Below are positions 1 through 13,045 of a stretch of 64,000 nt of DNA, piece after piece. How positions within the stretch are numbered: position 1 is the first letter of the stretch; the number at the start of each line of letters is the position of its first letter. Under the pieces are notes generated by a model. The model worked only from the letters and a program-made list of their open reading frames with translations. It did no database searches and was not told the origin of the DNA. The DNA is from Octopus sinensis (taxonomy: Eukaryota). The translations under genes and the position numbers were made by a program. The stretch spans positions 113,088,001-113,152,000 of the forward strand of contig NC_043001.1 of assembly GCF_006345805.1 (NCBI RefSeq). Direction: 5' to 3'.

Positions 1-1203
1 TCCCCCAGACTCGGCAACTAAAAACACTAAATTAAAACAAGCTTTATATTCTGAATCAATAACAGAGCCTTTATATCGTTAGATTCTATTATATATGGCT
101 AAAACACTTAACTTTCAACGACAGTCTACCTAGGTACTCTAACAGCAAAATAAAATTTATTAGTTGATTTGGTTTAACACTACTGCCACACTGTCTCAGG
201 TGTATTTAGTGAAATCCACTCTGTTATGGGCATTCAGGCAAAGTCTGATCTGGGCATAATTTCCTTCCTTCCAAGCCATCAGGTTCTGCAAAATGTTCTT
301 GGACACTACTCAAATCTCATTAGTCTCATCTTCATATCTCGGTATACCATGATACTATGAGTATGGAAGAGGTTTTGATTTTAAGAAGAGAATTCATTTC
401 TAACACTCTCTCTGCTAACAATTTATCAAATTTGATAAGTTTCTCAGCTAGACAGCTCATAACTAAGGAAAATATTGAAAGAAGAAATGTTTCTAAGATC
501 TTTAAAAGCATTTTGTTATATTGAAAAATTGGAAATTTGCAATTTTCTAATCAATAATGCATTATGCACCTTATTAATATTTTGTTTCTTTCTTCTGCCT
601 TAATTCTTTGTAAGATCTTAATCATGTTTCCTGATATCTATTATTATTATTATTATTTGTTAGTACATTTCATTATCACTATGGGGAAATCAGTAACCAA
701 TTTTGTTTACAAATGCTGCCTTAGCCAGCAGCTAATACAAACCTCCAGTTGTTCCAAGTGATCAACATACACACATGACATTTGCAACCATCATGTGATG
801 AAACTAAAGATTTGTAATAAGTGTTATTAGATTCCCTTGTTACTTATTAGCTTTCAATGTAAAAGCTATTATTTTCCTTGAATAAATCTTTAGATTCAAC
901 TCAGTCAAGAACATAATTATTATTTTCTTTTTTTCTCATTTTGCTGAAATCATTTTCACCAGGCTTTAAGACTCTTACATGGCATTGTACTCTGGGGCCA
1001 TTCCACTTCTAATAAGATACTTCACTTTGTTTGCCTAATGTTTCTGCTTGTTTTTTTGTTTTTTTTTATGTGATTGCATTCTGCATTTACACTTAAATAC
1101 ATGAATACATTCATAACTGCATACATCCATATAAATACTCGTAAATATAGATGTTTATGTGCCATTGTATATGTGGCTGTATAAGTGTGTATATGAACAC
1201 ACA

Positions 1204-1234
<31 letters not shown>

Positions 1235-2298
1235 CACTCTCACACACACATGCACATCTCATCACACTTGGGTCTCTATGTCTGTACGAAATGTTATCAA
1301 ATCATTTCCTATCTAATCTGTCTGTCTTTATTTTACCACAGTATTCCATTCTCAAAGTTATTGTCTTAGATTGTTATGGTTTTTATTCACTTTGCCTACA
1401 TTTTTATTCCCCATCTTTCCCATCTAAATCTATTCACTTTTCTCAACAAGTAAAAGAGATGAATTTACCGCTATTAGGAGGCCAGAGATATTCATGTCTG
1501 TCAGATACATTAATGTTTTTATCAGTAGTCGATTAAGGATGGCATTTTCCCTCCACCTAGATCTTCCTTCATATTTTCTGTTTAGATTCCTTCCTCTCTA
1601 CCACTCTTTTTTTTTTCTGTGTCTGTGTATGTATTTACATGCTATATAAATACTTGCACAGATGATTATTTTATATATAATATATATATAATATATATAT
1701 ATATATACATACATTCATGCACACAAACACACGTATCACTATTAGTGTTAGTATCATTTTTTTGTTTGTTTTTATATTTATATTTTTTATACTCGTATTG
1801 CTTGCATAGTTAAGATGAATGCATTATTGAGGTAATTGTTTTACAACCAGATACCCTTCCTGTTGCTAACCCTTACCTGTTTTTCGTGTAAGGGTTCTCT
1901 TTTTCATATTTAATATGTCCTTGAATGTGTGAAATCAGCAGGAGATTTGCTGACTGAAGAAGGGACAACAACAATATTGTTTGCAGCAAGCAACTTTCAT
2001 AGATCCCGAAGTGTAAGCAAACACCCTGATACACATATGCATACGTTCATATGCCTACTCAAGGTGGTAACCCAGCATGGTCGCAGTCCAATAACTGGAA
2101 CAAGTATCGAAGATACATGATGCATACATATGCTTGTGTGTACATATGCATGCACACATCTAGTGGGCTTCTTTCAGTTTCCATCTTCCAAATTTATTCT
2201 CATGACTTTTGCTGGTTTGGAGCTATAAAAAAACACGCTTGCTCAAAGTGCCATGGACACACACACACACACAGATATATATATATATATACATATAT

Positions 2299-2457
2299 AC
2301 GACGGGCTTCTTTCAGATTCCGTCTACCAAATCCACTCACTAGGCTTTGGTCGGCCCGAGACTATAGTAGAAAACACTTGCCCAAGGTGCCATGCAGTGG
2401 GACTGAACCCGGAACCATGTGGTTGGTAAGCAAGCTACTTACCACACAGCCACTCCT
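2299..2457 (-). mobile_element. SINE family A, 5' half
   Basis: Reverse complement of the AGGAGTGGCTGTGTGGTAAG...GGTTCAGTCCC head and CCTTGGGCAAG core seen in the full copies. Confidence 0.85.
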
Positions 2458-2787
2458 ACACTATGACTCTATTGACTTTATCCATTTCTCTTGAATATAA
2501 AGATTATGTTAAAAATAATAATAATAATAATCATTTCTGGTTTAGGTTCAGGGCCAGCAGTTTTGTGGGGTTAAGGTTAGTCAGTGTCATCGACCCCAGT
2601 TCTTGACTGGTACTCTATTTTATCAACTTTGAAAGGATGAAAGACTGAGTTGATCTCATTCGGCTTTGAACTCAGAAAATAAAGAGCAAGTGGTGGTGGT
2701 AGCGGATTTATGTATGTAGTAAGCAGCCAATGGCAAACTATTTTCGTAAACTGAAATTTAAAAATACCCTCTCTCTCTCTCTCTCTC

Positions 2788-3193
2788 TCTCTTTTACCTG
2801 TTTCAGTCATTTGACTGTGGCCATGCTGGAGCACCACCTTTAGTCAAGCAAATCGACCCCGGGACTTATTCTTTGTAAGCCCAGTACTTATTCTATCGGT
2901 TTCTTTTTGCCGAACCGCTAAGTGACGGGGACGTAAACACACCAGCATTGGTTGTCAAGCAATGCTAGGGGGACAAACACAGACACACAAACATATACAC
3001 ACACACTTATAATATATATATACATATATACGACAGGCTTCTTTCAGTTTCCATCTACCAAATCCACTCACAAGGCATTGGTCGGCCTGAGGCTATAGCA
3101 GAAGACACTTGCCCAAGATGCCACGCAGTGGGACTGAACCCGGAACCATGTGGTTGGTTAGCAAGCTACTTACCACACAGCCACTCCTGCGCC
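2788..3193 (-). mobile_element. SINE family A (tRNA-like head, central TA/TG microsatellite, GAGTAAAA tail), full length
   Basis: Colinear with copies at 6129, 9801, 10685, 16433, 38817 and 47952. Pol III A-box-like TGGCTGTGTGG and B-box-like GGTTCAGTCCC. Confidence 0.9.
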
Positions 3194-3405
3194 TATAATA
3201 CCGTATAATTTAACATAGGTACTTTGGTGTAAGTGATTGTTGCCCTCCATTACTACCATGACCACCAACAATAAACAACAGCCTTTAGTTTTCTGTTTTT
3301 CCTTTTTTCTCTTGTTTGTTCTTCCTCTTGTTAGTTCTTCCTCTTGTTACTTCCCTTAAGCATTATGCAAAAGATAGGTAGGAATTGGTATTGTATTAAT
3401 ATATA

Positions 3406-3638
3406 TATTTCTTTACTGCCCTCAAGGAGCTAAACATAGAGGGGACAAACAAGGGCAGACAAAGGGATTAAGTCGATTACATCGACCCAGTGCGAAACTG
3501 GTACTTAATTTATCGACCCCAAGAGGATGAAAGGCAAAGTCGACCTCGGCGTAATTTGAACTCAGAACGAAACGGCAGACGAAATACGGCTACGCATTTC
3601 GCCCGGTGTGCTAACGATTCTGCCAGTTCACCGCCTTA
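3406..3638 (-). mobile_element. SINE family B (Deu/Nin-like core), full length with 16-bp TSD
   Basis: TSD attgtattaatatata at 3390-3405 and 3639-3654. Core GTCGACTTTGCCTTTCATCC...GGGGTCGATAAATTAAGTACC resembles the Deu/Nin SINE domain as recalled. Confidence 0.9.
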
Positions 3639-4223
3639 ATTGTATTAATATATAGATTAATGTATTGTGTCATTTAGTGGAAAGCATGCTAAACATCACA
3701 CACACACACACACACACTGTTGAATGTATAACATTGCTAAGACCAAAATTCACATTTTTATTCTCTGTAGAAACTTTTTCTCATCTCACTGTTGTTATAG
3801 ATTTTAGTGATAAACCAAAAATAGCTATTATGTTTTATGTTCCTTTAAAAAAAGCTCCATTTTTCTGATACTGAAAAAAACGTATTTATGTTGTGGTTGT
3901 TGCCAATTTTTTTGTCATGCAAGAAAGGAATTCTTCACTTTGCCATTAAGTATGATGGTCAGTTGTCTGCTTGTTGGATATTCTCAGCCTTTACCAGTCT
4001 TCCACCAACATTCACTACTCTTCCGTTGCTAGCATCGCCTCAGTTTGTAACCAATGTTATGTTCCACTGTTCTAACACTTTCTGAAACAGTGACTAAATA
4101 AACACCTAGAATGATATCTTCAATAATCCTAACTATGAATACATATTGATTTCAGTATTAGGTAGGCGTTGACCAGCAGACTTGTTAACATACTGGGTGA
4201 AATACTTAGTGGTATTTTGTCTG

Positions 4224-4638
4224 AAGGCGGCGAGCTGGCAGAAATGTTAGCACGCCGGGCGAAATGCGTAGCCGTATTTCGTCTGTCGTTACGTTGTGAG
4301 TTCAAATTCCGCTGAGGTCGACTTTGCCTTTCATCCTTTCGGGGTCGATAAATTAAGTACCAGTTACGCACTGGGGTCGATGTAATCGACTTAATACCTA
4401 TGTCTGTCCTTGTTTGTCCCCCTCTGTGTTTAGCCCTGGGTAATAAAGAAATAGGTATTTCGTCTGCTGCTACGTTCTGAGTTTAAATTCCGCCGAGGTT
4501 GACTTTGCCTTTCATCCTTTCGGGGGTCGATTAAATAAGTACCAGTTACGCACTGAGGTCGATGTAATCGACTTAATACCTATGTCTGTCCTTGTTTGTC
4601 CCCTCTATGTTTAGCCCCTTGTGGGTAATAAAGAAATA
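4224..4638 (+). mobile_element. SINE family B, head plus two bodies, nested in an older family-B copy
   Basis: Older head ends ggtattttgtctg (4211-4223). Older body resumes ggtatttcgtctg (4639-4651). Internal junction at 4453/4454. Confidence 0.85.
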
Positions 4639-5847
4639 GGTATTTCGTCTGTCTTTATGTCCTGAGTTCAAATTCTGCCACGGTTGGCTTTGCCTTTCAT
4701 CCTTTTAGGGTTGATGTAATTGACTTAACTACTCCTGAGTAAGAGTATAAAACTGTGTTCCTCTGCCTAGCCATATCGAGCTAGTGTGGCAGAATAGGCT
4801 CATCTAACCAGTATGATCTCAAGCTCAAATTCGTGGCCTCCACATCAGACCATGGTTGGTGGAAAGAACATGCTGAAGCCTTCCAATCCAATGACTATTA
4901 TGTATGCCTATAATTATCCACATCAATACACATGTGCTTACACACACATACACAGTCAGCAGTTACTCAGAATATTAGCGTCATCACCGTCATCATTTTT
5001 TTGTCTGCTTTCCATGCTAGCATGAGTTGAATGGGTTATCACAGTTGAAGCCATTTCTTATTGAGAGTTGCTGCTCCCTCTTCATGATACTTATAAATGT
5101 CATTTGATTTTATGGCTGAGTGTACCTTTCCTATTGCCTACCATTTTACAGAGTCAATATTGCATGCGTTTTCTTATGGCTCCAATACTAGAAAGGTTGA
5201 AAGTTGATTTAAAATTATTTAAAATTTACTTCATTAAACCCTTCTACATTTTACTCCAGCGTTGAACCCCTCATTTCATTCACTTGTCCATGTAACTTTG
5301 GTTTATAATCTAAATTGGGACATGGAGTTGCATTCATAGTTTTGAATAAGTACTCAATACTCAGATGTTTGTTAACGGCTTCTATTTGATTTTCTTCTAT
5401 AATTGATTTTGTACATTAGTTTCCACTTTATTTATTTAAGCCTGATGTTCTATAGACACAGTGAAACTTTGGGAATATCTTCAATAACTGATGAGTCATA
5501 GAACTGCAACCTGACATGCTCCTCTCTCTCCTTTTCTCTCCCTACTCCCTTTCTCTTCTTAATGTTCATATGTATCTCTCTAAGCAGACCTCCCTTTTGA
5601 GACTAAACTCTCTCTTTGATTCCTAAATTCATATTTGCTGTCTTACATTCAGCCAGAACTATAAATCAAAATCCTTTTTTTTTTTTGCATATTTTATTCT
5701 AAGGTCACCCATTGCCCCCTATTCTTCAGAAAATCTTAAATTCACACATTTGTCAAGCTAACTTTGACTGGTCCTTCATTATTTATCACATGGCTAATTT
5801 TCTTTTTCTTTAATTTCTCTCAAGTGTGTTTACGTACTGTCTGCTTA

Positions 5848-5898
<51 letters not shown>

Positions 5899-6128
5899 AT
5901 TTCAAACTTATGTATGCCTCAGTTATCTGAACAGCCATTTAAAAATGAAAAGCCAACATTAACAAGAAATACATATAGGAATAAAAAATTCCTATATGTA
6001 TTTGGATCCTAACAGAATGCCCCACCCCTGATCACACTGTGAGTGAGTGTGTGTGTGTGTATCTAGTATAAATGCTAGGTGTGGTGTTGTTTAGAAACTG
6101 AGAGTAGTTGATGTGAATAAGTTCACAT

Positions 6129-6532
6129 AGACGCAGGAGTGGCTATGTTGTAAGTAGCTTGCTTACCAACCACATGGTTCCGGGTTCAGTCCCACTGCGT
6201 GGCACCTTGGGCAAGTGTCTTCTACTATAGCTTCGGGCCGACCAAAGTCTTGTGAGTGGATTTGGTAGACGGAAACTGAAAGAAGCCCGTCGTATATATA
6301 TGTATGCATATCTATGTGTTTGTGTGTCTGTGTTTGTTTCCCCAACATCGCTTGACAACTGATGCTGGTGAGTTTATGTCCTCATTACTTAGCGGTTCGG
6401 CAAAAGAGACCAATAGGATAAGTACTAGGCTTACAAAGAATAAGTCCCGGGATCGAGTTGTTCGATTAAAGGCGGTGCTCCAGCATGGCTGCAGTCAAAT
6501 GACTGAAACAAGTAAAAGAGATAAAAGAGAAA
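6129..6532 (+). mobile_element. SINE family A flanked by a ~155-bp direct duplication
   Basis: Full colinear copy. Flanks 5975-6128 and 6533-6692 are near-identical. Confidence 0.9.
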
Positions 6533-7299
6533 ATAGGAATAAAACATTCCTATATGTATTTGGATCCTAACAGAACGCCCCACCTCTGCTCACTCTGTGA
6601 GTGAGAGAGTGTGTGTGTGTGTGTATCCAGTATAAATGCTAGGTGTGGTGTTGTTTAGAGAATGACAGTAGTTGATGTGAATAAGTTCACATGGTACTTA
6701 TTATTTTGGGTTCCACTAAAACCTTTGAATGTATGGATGTATCATAATCTATTCAGTGTGTGTGTGTGTGTGTGTGTGTTCATCTCCAAATTATTAAGTT
6801 CTGCTTCTTCTTGAGCTATTATTGTAATATCTCTGTGCATGCACACACTCACGCGCGTCCATGCACACACACACAGTCTCTCACTCTCCCCCTCTCTCGT
6901 TTCTCAACAGTTAAAGGATCTCCAGGAAAAAAAAAGAACTGAGATGTTTCTTTATACCATAGAAGGAAACATTCTTAGCTAAGTAACAAACTGTAAGCCT
7001 TTTTACTGCATCAAATCCACCAGTGAGTCAAGTCAAGTATAGACCCTTCAGGGGGAATATAAGGGAGGGATTTTGATATTCCTGTGTAGCTATCATTAAC
7101 TATGAAACTTATATGGAGTAGTTTAGCTGGGAGACATCATTAATTTTGTTTCATTAGCCAAAGTTATTTTTTTAGGTCAAAGGTTGTGGCATGCAAAGTT
7201 CTTTTCAGTTTTCCGTTTTTTTCTTTTTTTTTTCTCTTTGTAGTGTATAAATATCAACTCTAATTCATTTGATACATGTATATAAAGGCATCTTCATAT

Positions 7300-7332
<33 letters not shown>

Positions 7333-7408
7333 CAATATATATATATATATTATATATAATACATATATATATGTATAATATGTATAATATATACTATATA
7401 TGTATATA

Positions 7409-7479
<71 letters not shown>

Positions 7480-7611
7480 TACATATACATATATATATAT
7501 ATACATATACATATATAATATATATATATATATAATATAATATATATATATATACTATATATCTATATATACATATATATATATATATACATAAATATAT
7601 ATTATATATAT

Positions 7612-7647
<36 letters not shown>

Positions 7648-7656
7648 AATATATAG
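7300..7656. repeat. Long (TA)n-rich microsatellite
   Basis: Direct inspection. Confidence 0.95.
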
Positions 7657-8379
7657 ACAAGAAGTGAACAGCTTGCCCCTTACAGCCATACATACGCTTA
7701 AAGATTTTATATTGAAGCTGAAACTTTACTACTACTTTCAAGTTTCTGATCCCCAAGCAATTTCTTATACACACTTACTTGTGTGGATAGGTAGATAGAT
7801 ACAGGATTCATTATATGCTTGTGTTTGAAATTTTTTTTTGTACATATATATATATATATATATATATGTCTGTTATGTATGAAATTGCTTGAGGATCATA
7901 AACTTGAAAGCAGTAGTAAAGTTTCAACTTCAGAATAAAATCTTTGGGTGTATGTAATTGAAACTCATGGTTCAATACCATTGTACAGTACCAAGGCCAA
8001 ATGTCTTCTACTATATATAGCCTTGGGTCCACCAATACTTGTGAGTGGAGTACAGTAAAACAAAACTGTTCTAAATCTCATTCTGTGTGGGTTTTAGTTG
8101 TGTTCCTCTATGTCACTTAACTTAGCAGTTTGACAATCAAATGCCAATAAAAACAGGTACCAGATTAAAATATGTCCTAGAGTTGTTATGATTTACTAAA
8201 TGTTAGAGAGTGGTGTCCCAGAAACTCACGCGCACACACACACAACACACTGAAGCATGGCTGTACTGTTAAGAAGTTTGCTTCCCAATCGTATTTTCAT
8301 GTTTAGCCTCACTTGTGAGTGGATTTGGTAAATAGAAACTGAAAGTATCCCATCATATATATATGTATGTATGTGTGTG

Positions 8380-8423
<44 letters not shown>

Positions 8424-8657
8424 GTTTAAATATTTGTTGGCTGATGGTTAGTAAGGAGAGACACAAATAAGAAAGAAGAAAACAAAAACAAAAACAAAGG
8501 ACCACTGATGAGGTCACAGGAGTGTGATGAAAGAACTCTGGCCGAAATAAGATTAATATTAATGTAAAAAATAAATAACACTGAAGCAAAATAACACCAA
8601 ATATATAGTGCGTGTGTTTTTATTGGCTAAACTGGCAAAATGACCATTCCGAAATAT

Positions 8658-8693
<36 letters not shown>

Positions 8694-8984
8694 ATAAATA
8701 TTAGGGAATAAATCCAAATTTACAGGGAAAAAAAATCAGATTTAGGATTAAATCCAATTTTATAGTAAAATATTATAAAATTGAAACTGACTTATTGGAA
8801 GTCCACCTGAAGATTGTCAATCAAGACAAGAAACGATTGTAGTGGCGGTTTTTTTGACTATTTATTAAAGTTTTATGTATTGATTAAGTCTTTCCTTGTT
8901 TGTTTTGCAAAATAGTGGTTTTGTCTCTAATAATATTTTATATATATATATATATATAATATATATATATATATAGTTAATCCA

Positions 8985-9179
8985 AACAAGAAAACACAAA
9001 ATAACACAACAACGCGAGGATGCGGAACAAATATAGTATTATTGGACGCTCAGGAAAGAAGGAGGGTTTAATGTTTTGAGCGGAGCTCTTCGTCAGAAAC
9101 ATAGGACAAGGAAAGATCCAGAGAAGGGAAGACAGAGGAAAAAGAATTGCCAACAGTACACACGAGGTCACATTTTGAA

Positions 9180-9211
<32 letters not shown>

Positions 9212-9480
9212 AATATCATATATATGTCATCCCCCAAAAAATATATATATGTCATCCCAAAACAAAATGAGGAACAACTAGAAAAAAACAACAACGTGAG
9301 GGCGTGGTACATGCAAAGTATTAGCAGACACTCAGGGAAGGAAAGAAAAGTAGTTTTACGTTTTCGGCAAAACTCTTTGTCAGAAATAGGAGATGGAGGA
9401 AAGTCCAAGAGTAAAGGGAAACAGAGGAAAAAAATCACCAACGATCCACATGTGGTTACATTTTGAAATGACCAAAAGGG
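8985..9480 (-). mobile_element. Two tandem short elements with degenerate hammerhead motifs (Penelope pLTR/retrozyme-like)
   Basis: Both units are colinear with 62260-62455 (+): ttcaaaatgtaacc...CTGAYGAAGAG...CTCGAAACGT...ctgagcgtc...gttgttgtg. Confidence 0.65.
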
Positions 9481-9800
9481 AATTGGTGGTCTTTTGTGTT
9501 GGAGGAGATGGCAACCTATGTATTTGTCTATCACCTCTCTCACTTTAGCATATTGGCATGTTACTGACACAGTTCAGAAATTGTAAGCAAGACCTTATAT
9601 TAATCAGTCAAACTTGTAAGGAACTCAATCTAATATCATCATATTATTAATCAGTTTAGCACCTTAATAACATACCAGCCCCTATTTGTAAAACTACAGC
9701 TATAATAACATGTCTTTCTTTCTCAATTTCTATTTATCTCTTGTTATATGTATGTGCTTACTTTTATTTGTCTATTTGTTATGTCTATCCATCCATATAT

Positions 9801-10207
9801 CTCTTTTACTCTTTTACTTGTTTCAGTCATTTGACTGTGGCCATGCTGGAGCACCGCCTTTAGTCGAGAAAATCGACCCCGGGACTTATTCTTTGTAAGC
9901 CCAGTATTTATTCTATCGGTGTCTTTTGCCGAACCGCTAAGTGACGGGGACGTAAACACACCAGCATCGGTTGCCAAGCAATGCTAGGGGGACAAACACA
10001 GACACACAAACATACACACAAATACATATATATATATACTTATATTCGACGGGCTTCTTTCAGTTTCCGTCTATCAAATCCACTCACAAGGCATTGGTTG
10101 GCCTGAGGCTATAGTAGAAGACACTTGCCCAAGATGCCACGCAGTGGGACTGAACCCGGAACCATGGTTGGTAAGCAAGCTACTTACCACACAGCCACTC
10201 CTGCACC
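9801..10207 (-). mobile_element. SINE family A, full length
   Basis: Colinear with the other copies. Confidence 0.9.
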
Positions 10208-10684
10208 TATATATATATATACAGTTGAAAAGGGGTTAAGAGTCTATACAAATCAAAAAATATGGTTAGATAAGTAAATAAAGCTGGAAAAGCCCACAGA
10301 ATTATATTTTAGAGAATGCTTAACATTTTTGTTACAGTGAGTGATTTAAAATATAACTGGTTTCAGTGTATCCATCTTATCAAATATTGGAAAGAATGTA
10401 TTTGGCAGTCAAAGGGAAAAAAAAAATTAGGGGTTAACAGTTTATACCCATGTTTTAGTTCTTAATGAAATTTTGCTTTAAGGTCATTCTCTTATATACT
10501 TTATGTCTGTGTTGGTTTGGGGGTGGGGTTCAAGAGCTCAAGTTTCAAAAGTTCTATTGAAAAGAAGTCTTTTGTATTGAATGGGAAGCTTCTTATTCAT
10601 GGTTTGGTGTGTGTGTGTGTGTGTGTGTGTGTATGGTTGGATAAATAGATATGTGTGTAAGTCTGTACATTTATAGATATATAT

Positions 10685-10850
10685 AGGAGTGGCTGTGTGG
10701 TAAGTAGCTTGCTAACCAACCGCATGGTTCCGGGTTCAGTCCCACTGCATGGCATCTTGGGCAAGTGTCTTCTACTATAGCCCCGGGCCGACCAATGCCT
10801 TGTGAGTGGATTTGGTAGACGGAAACTGAAAGAAGCCTGTCATATATATG

Positions 10851-10898
<48 letters not shown>

Positions 10899-11111
10899 TG
10901 TGTCTGTGTTTGTCCCCCTAGCATTGCTTGACAACCGATGCTGGTGTGTTTACGTCCCCGTCACTTAGCGGTTCGGCAAAAGAGACTGATAGAATAAGTA
11001 CTGGGCTTACAAAGAATAAGTCCCAGGAACGATTTGCTCGACTAAAGGTGGTGCTCCAGCATAGCCGCAGTCAAATGACTGAAACAAGTAAAAGAGTAAA
11101 GAGTAAAAGAG
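10685..11111 (+). mobile_element. SINE family A, near full length
   Basis: Colinear with the other copies. Inverted relative to 9801-10207. Confidence 0.9.
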
Positions 11112-11455
11112 ATATGTAAATATATTTGTGTGTGTGTGTGTGTATGTATATACTGGAATGGGACAGTTTTGCCTTCATTGGTTGCCCAAATTAATGACAT
11201 GGAGGAAAGTCCGATTTCTGAGTTAACCATTCTTTATCTAAAAGGATACGGTCGGATACAAGCCTGCTGTCTTAATGCTGTGTTTGTCTGCAGAAAGAAA
11301 TCTCTGATGTTTGAAAGTAAATTCCTGGCAGCTAAACGAATGAATGACTATACAAGAAGTTGAAAATATTGGCTATTGATCTGAGAAAATGGTAGCTCTA
11401 ACCTTCTTTCACTTTCACTATCGTCAACCACTCTCTTTACATGTATATATGTATA

Positions 11456-11490
<35 letters not shown>

Positions 11491-11538
11491 CTTGCCTTTT
11501 TGTTAACCCTCTGGTTCTCTCTCTCTCTCTCTCTCTCT

Positions 11539-11581
<43 letters not shown>

Positions 11582-12819
11582 ATATATATATATATATGTG
11601 TATGTATATATATATATTCACATACACACATCTGCTTCATTCTGTTTCTCTCCTCTGTACGAGTGTGTGTATATGTGTATATGTATGCATATATTATTGT
11701 CCAAACAATTCAGTATTGATCAGAAGAAGAAAAGGTATGACCCCAGCTCTCTATCACCTTTCCCTTTAAGTCTCACTCCCTTTCTGTCTGTCTCTCTCTC
11801 TCTCTCGTGTTCTTCTCTCCCTCTTTCTTATCTCCTTTTTCCATCTATATATCTCATATACTGTCCAAACAATCCGTTATTGATCTGTCAAAGTGCATTG
11901 CTGTACTTGAGTGCGTTTTGTTGCTGCATCGGTCGGACAACGTTTGTTTGACATTCAACAAGTGCTGAACCTCTTCACTTCTCATTGCCTACGCCACTCA
12001 CACCACCTTTCTCATCATTTCCTCTTTCTCAGTCCCTCCCCATCTCTCCTTCCTATGTATCTCTTATCTCTCTCTCTCTCTCTCTCTCTGTATATATACA
12101 TCTTTCATGTACACATTCCACAGACCAATACAAGCAATAGTTTACTCCATATCAGCAAGGCCCTTACAAATATTTCCATTAAGTAAAGCACTAGGCTCCA
12201 CCAAGGGACCACTTGCCTTATGTTAGTGTACAGTCGTTCTTAAGAGGCTCTTATTGCTGCACAGACTCCCAACAATATCACCACTTGGAAGCTGATGTGT
12301 GTATATGTGCAGCATGCACACAACACAAACACATACGTACGCACAAACGCTAGTGTTTATATGTAGGATATCTCATATTGTTTGAGCTTGTGCGGGTGAA
12401 AGTGGTGAGTGGTCGGTGGTTGAGATACTTGATGGATTTGGTTATGGTGGTGCTGAGTCGCATATGTAGCTGGTTTGGTTGTTTTCAGAAGTGTGAGGGT
12501 AAAAAAAAAAAAAAAAAAAAAAGATGAAAATAAAAATGAATAAAACAAAACAAAACAAAACAAAAATAATATTGGAAAAAAAAAAAGGAAGAATAGAAAA
12601 TAAAATGTAAAGTAATGAACAAAACAACAAAGAACAACCGTAAACAAACAGTAAAAGACACCATCCTGCAGACGTATTTACTTATTGAAGTGAAACACTT
12701 TACTGGATTCAATCATATTTTCTTGTAAAACATAAAAAAATGGAATGAAAATAAATAAACCAAAAAAACAAAAAAACAAAACGCCATAAATGGCTGTGGC
12801 TTAGCAAACAACAAGAACA

Positions 12820-13045
12820 ACAACTATAATAACGATGGTGGTGGTAGTGGTGGTGGTAGTAGTAACAACTACAATAATAATAATGGTTGTAGTAGTAGTA
12901 ATAGTAGTAGTAATAATAATAATAATAGTAATAATAATAATAATAATAATGATAATAATAATAATAATAATAATAATGATAATAATAATAATAATGATAA
13001 TAATAATGATAATAATAATAATGATGGTTGTAGTAGTAGTGGTAG
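12820..13045. repeat. Compound (GGT/AGT/AAT/GAT)n trinucleotide repeat
   Basis: Direct inspection. Confidence 0.9.

Noticed and set aside
7269-7774. YI-rich ORFs (also 11424-11951, 42492-43946, 54311-54737, 58591-59048, 62388-63414)
   Set aside because: Translations of (TA)n/(TG)n microsatellites that lack stops by composition.
8500-8550. + strand CTGATGA-GGTCA...TGGCC-GAAA hammerhead-like core
   Set aside because: Core and helix II are present, but I could not find partners for helices I and III or a cleavage triplet nearby. Incomplete.
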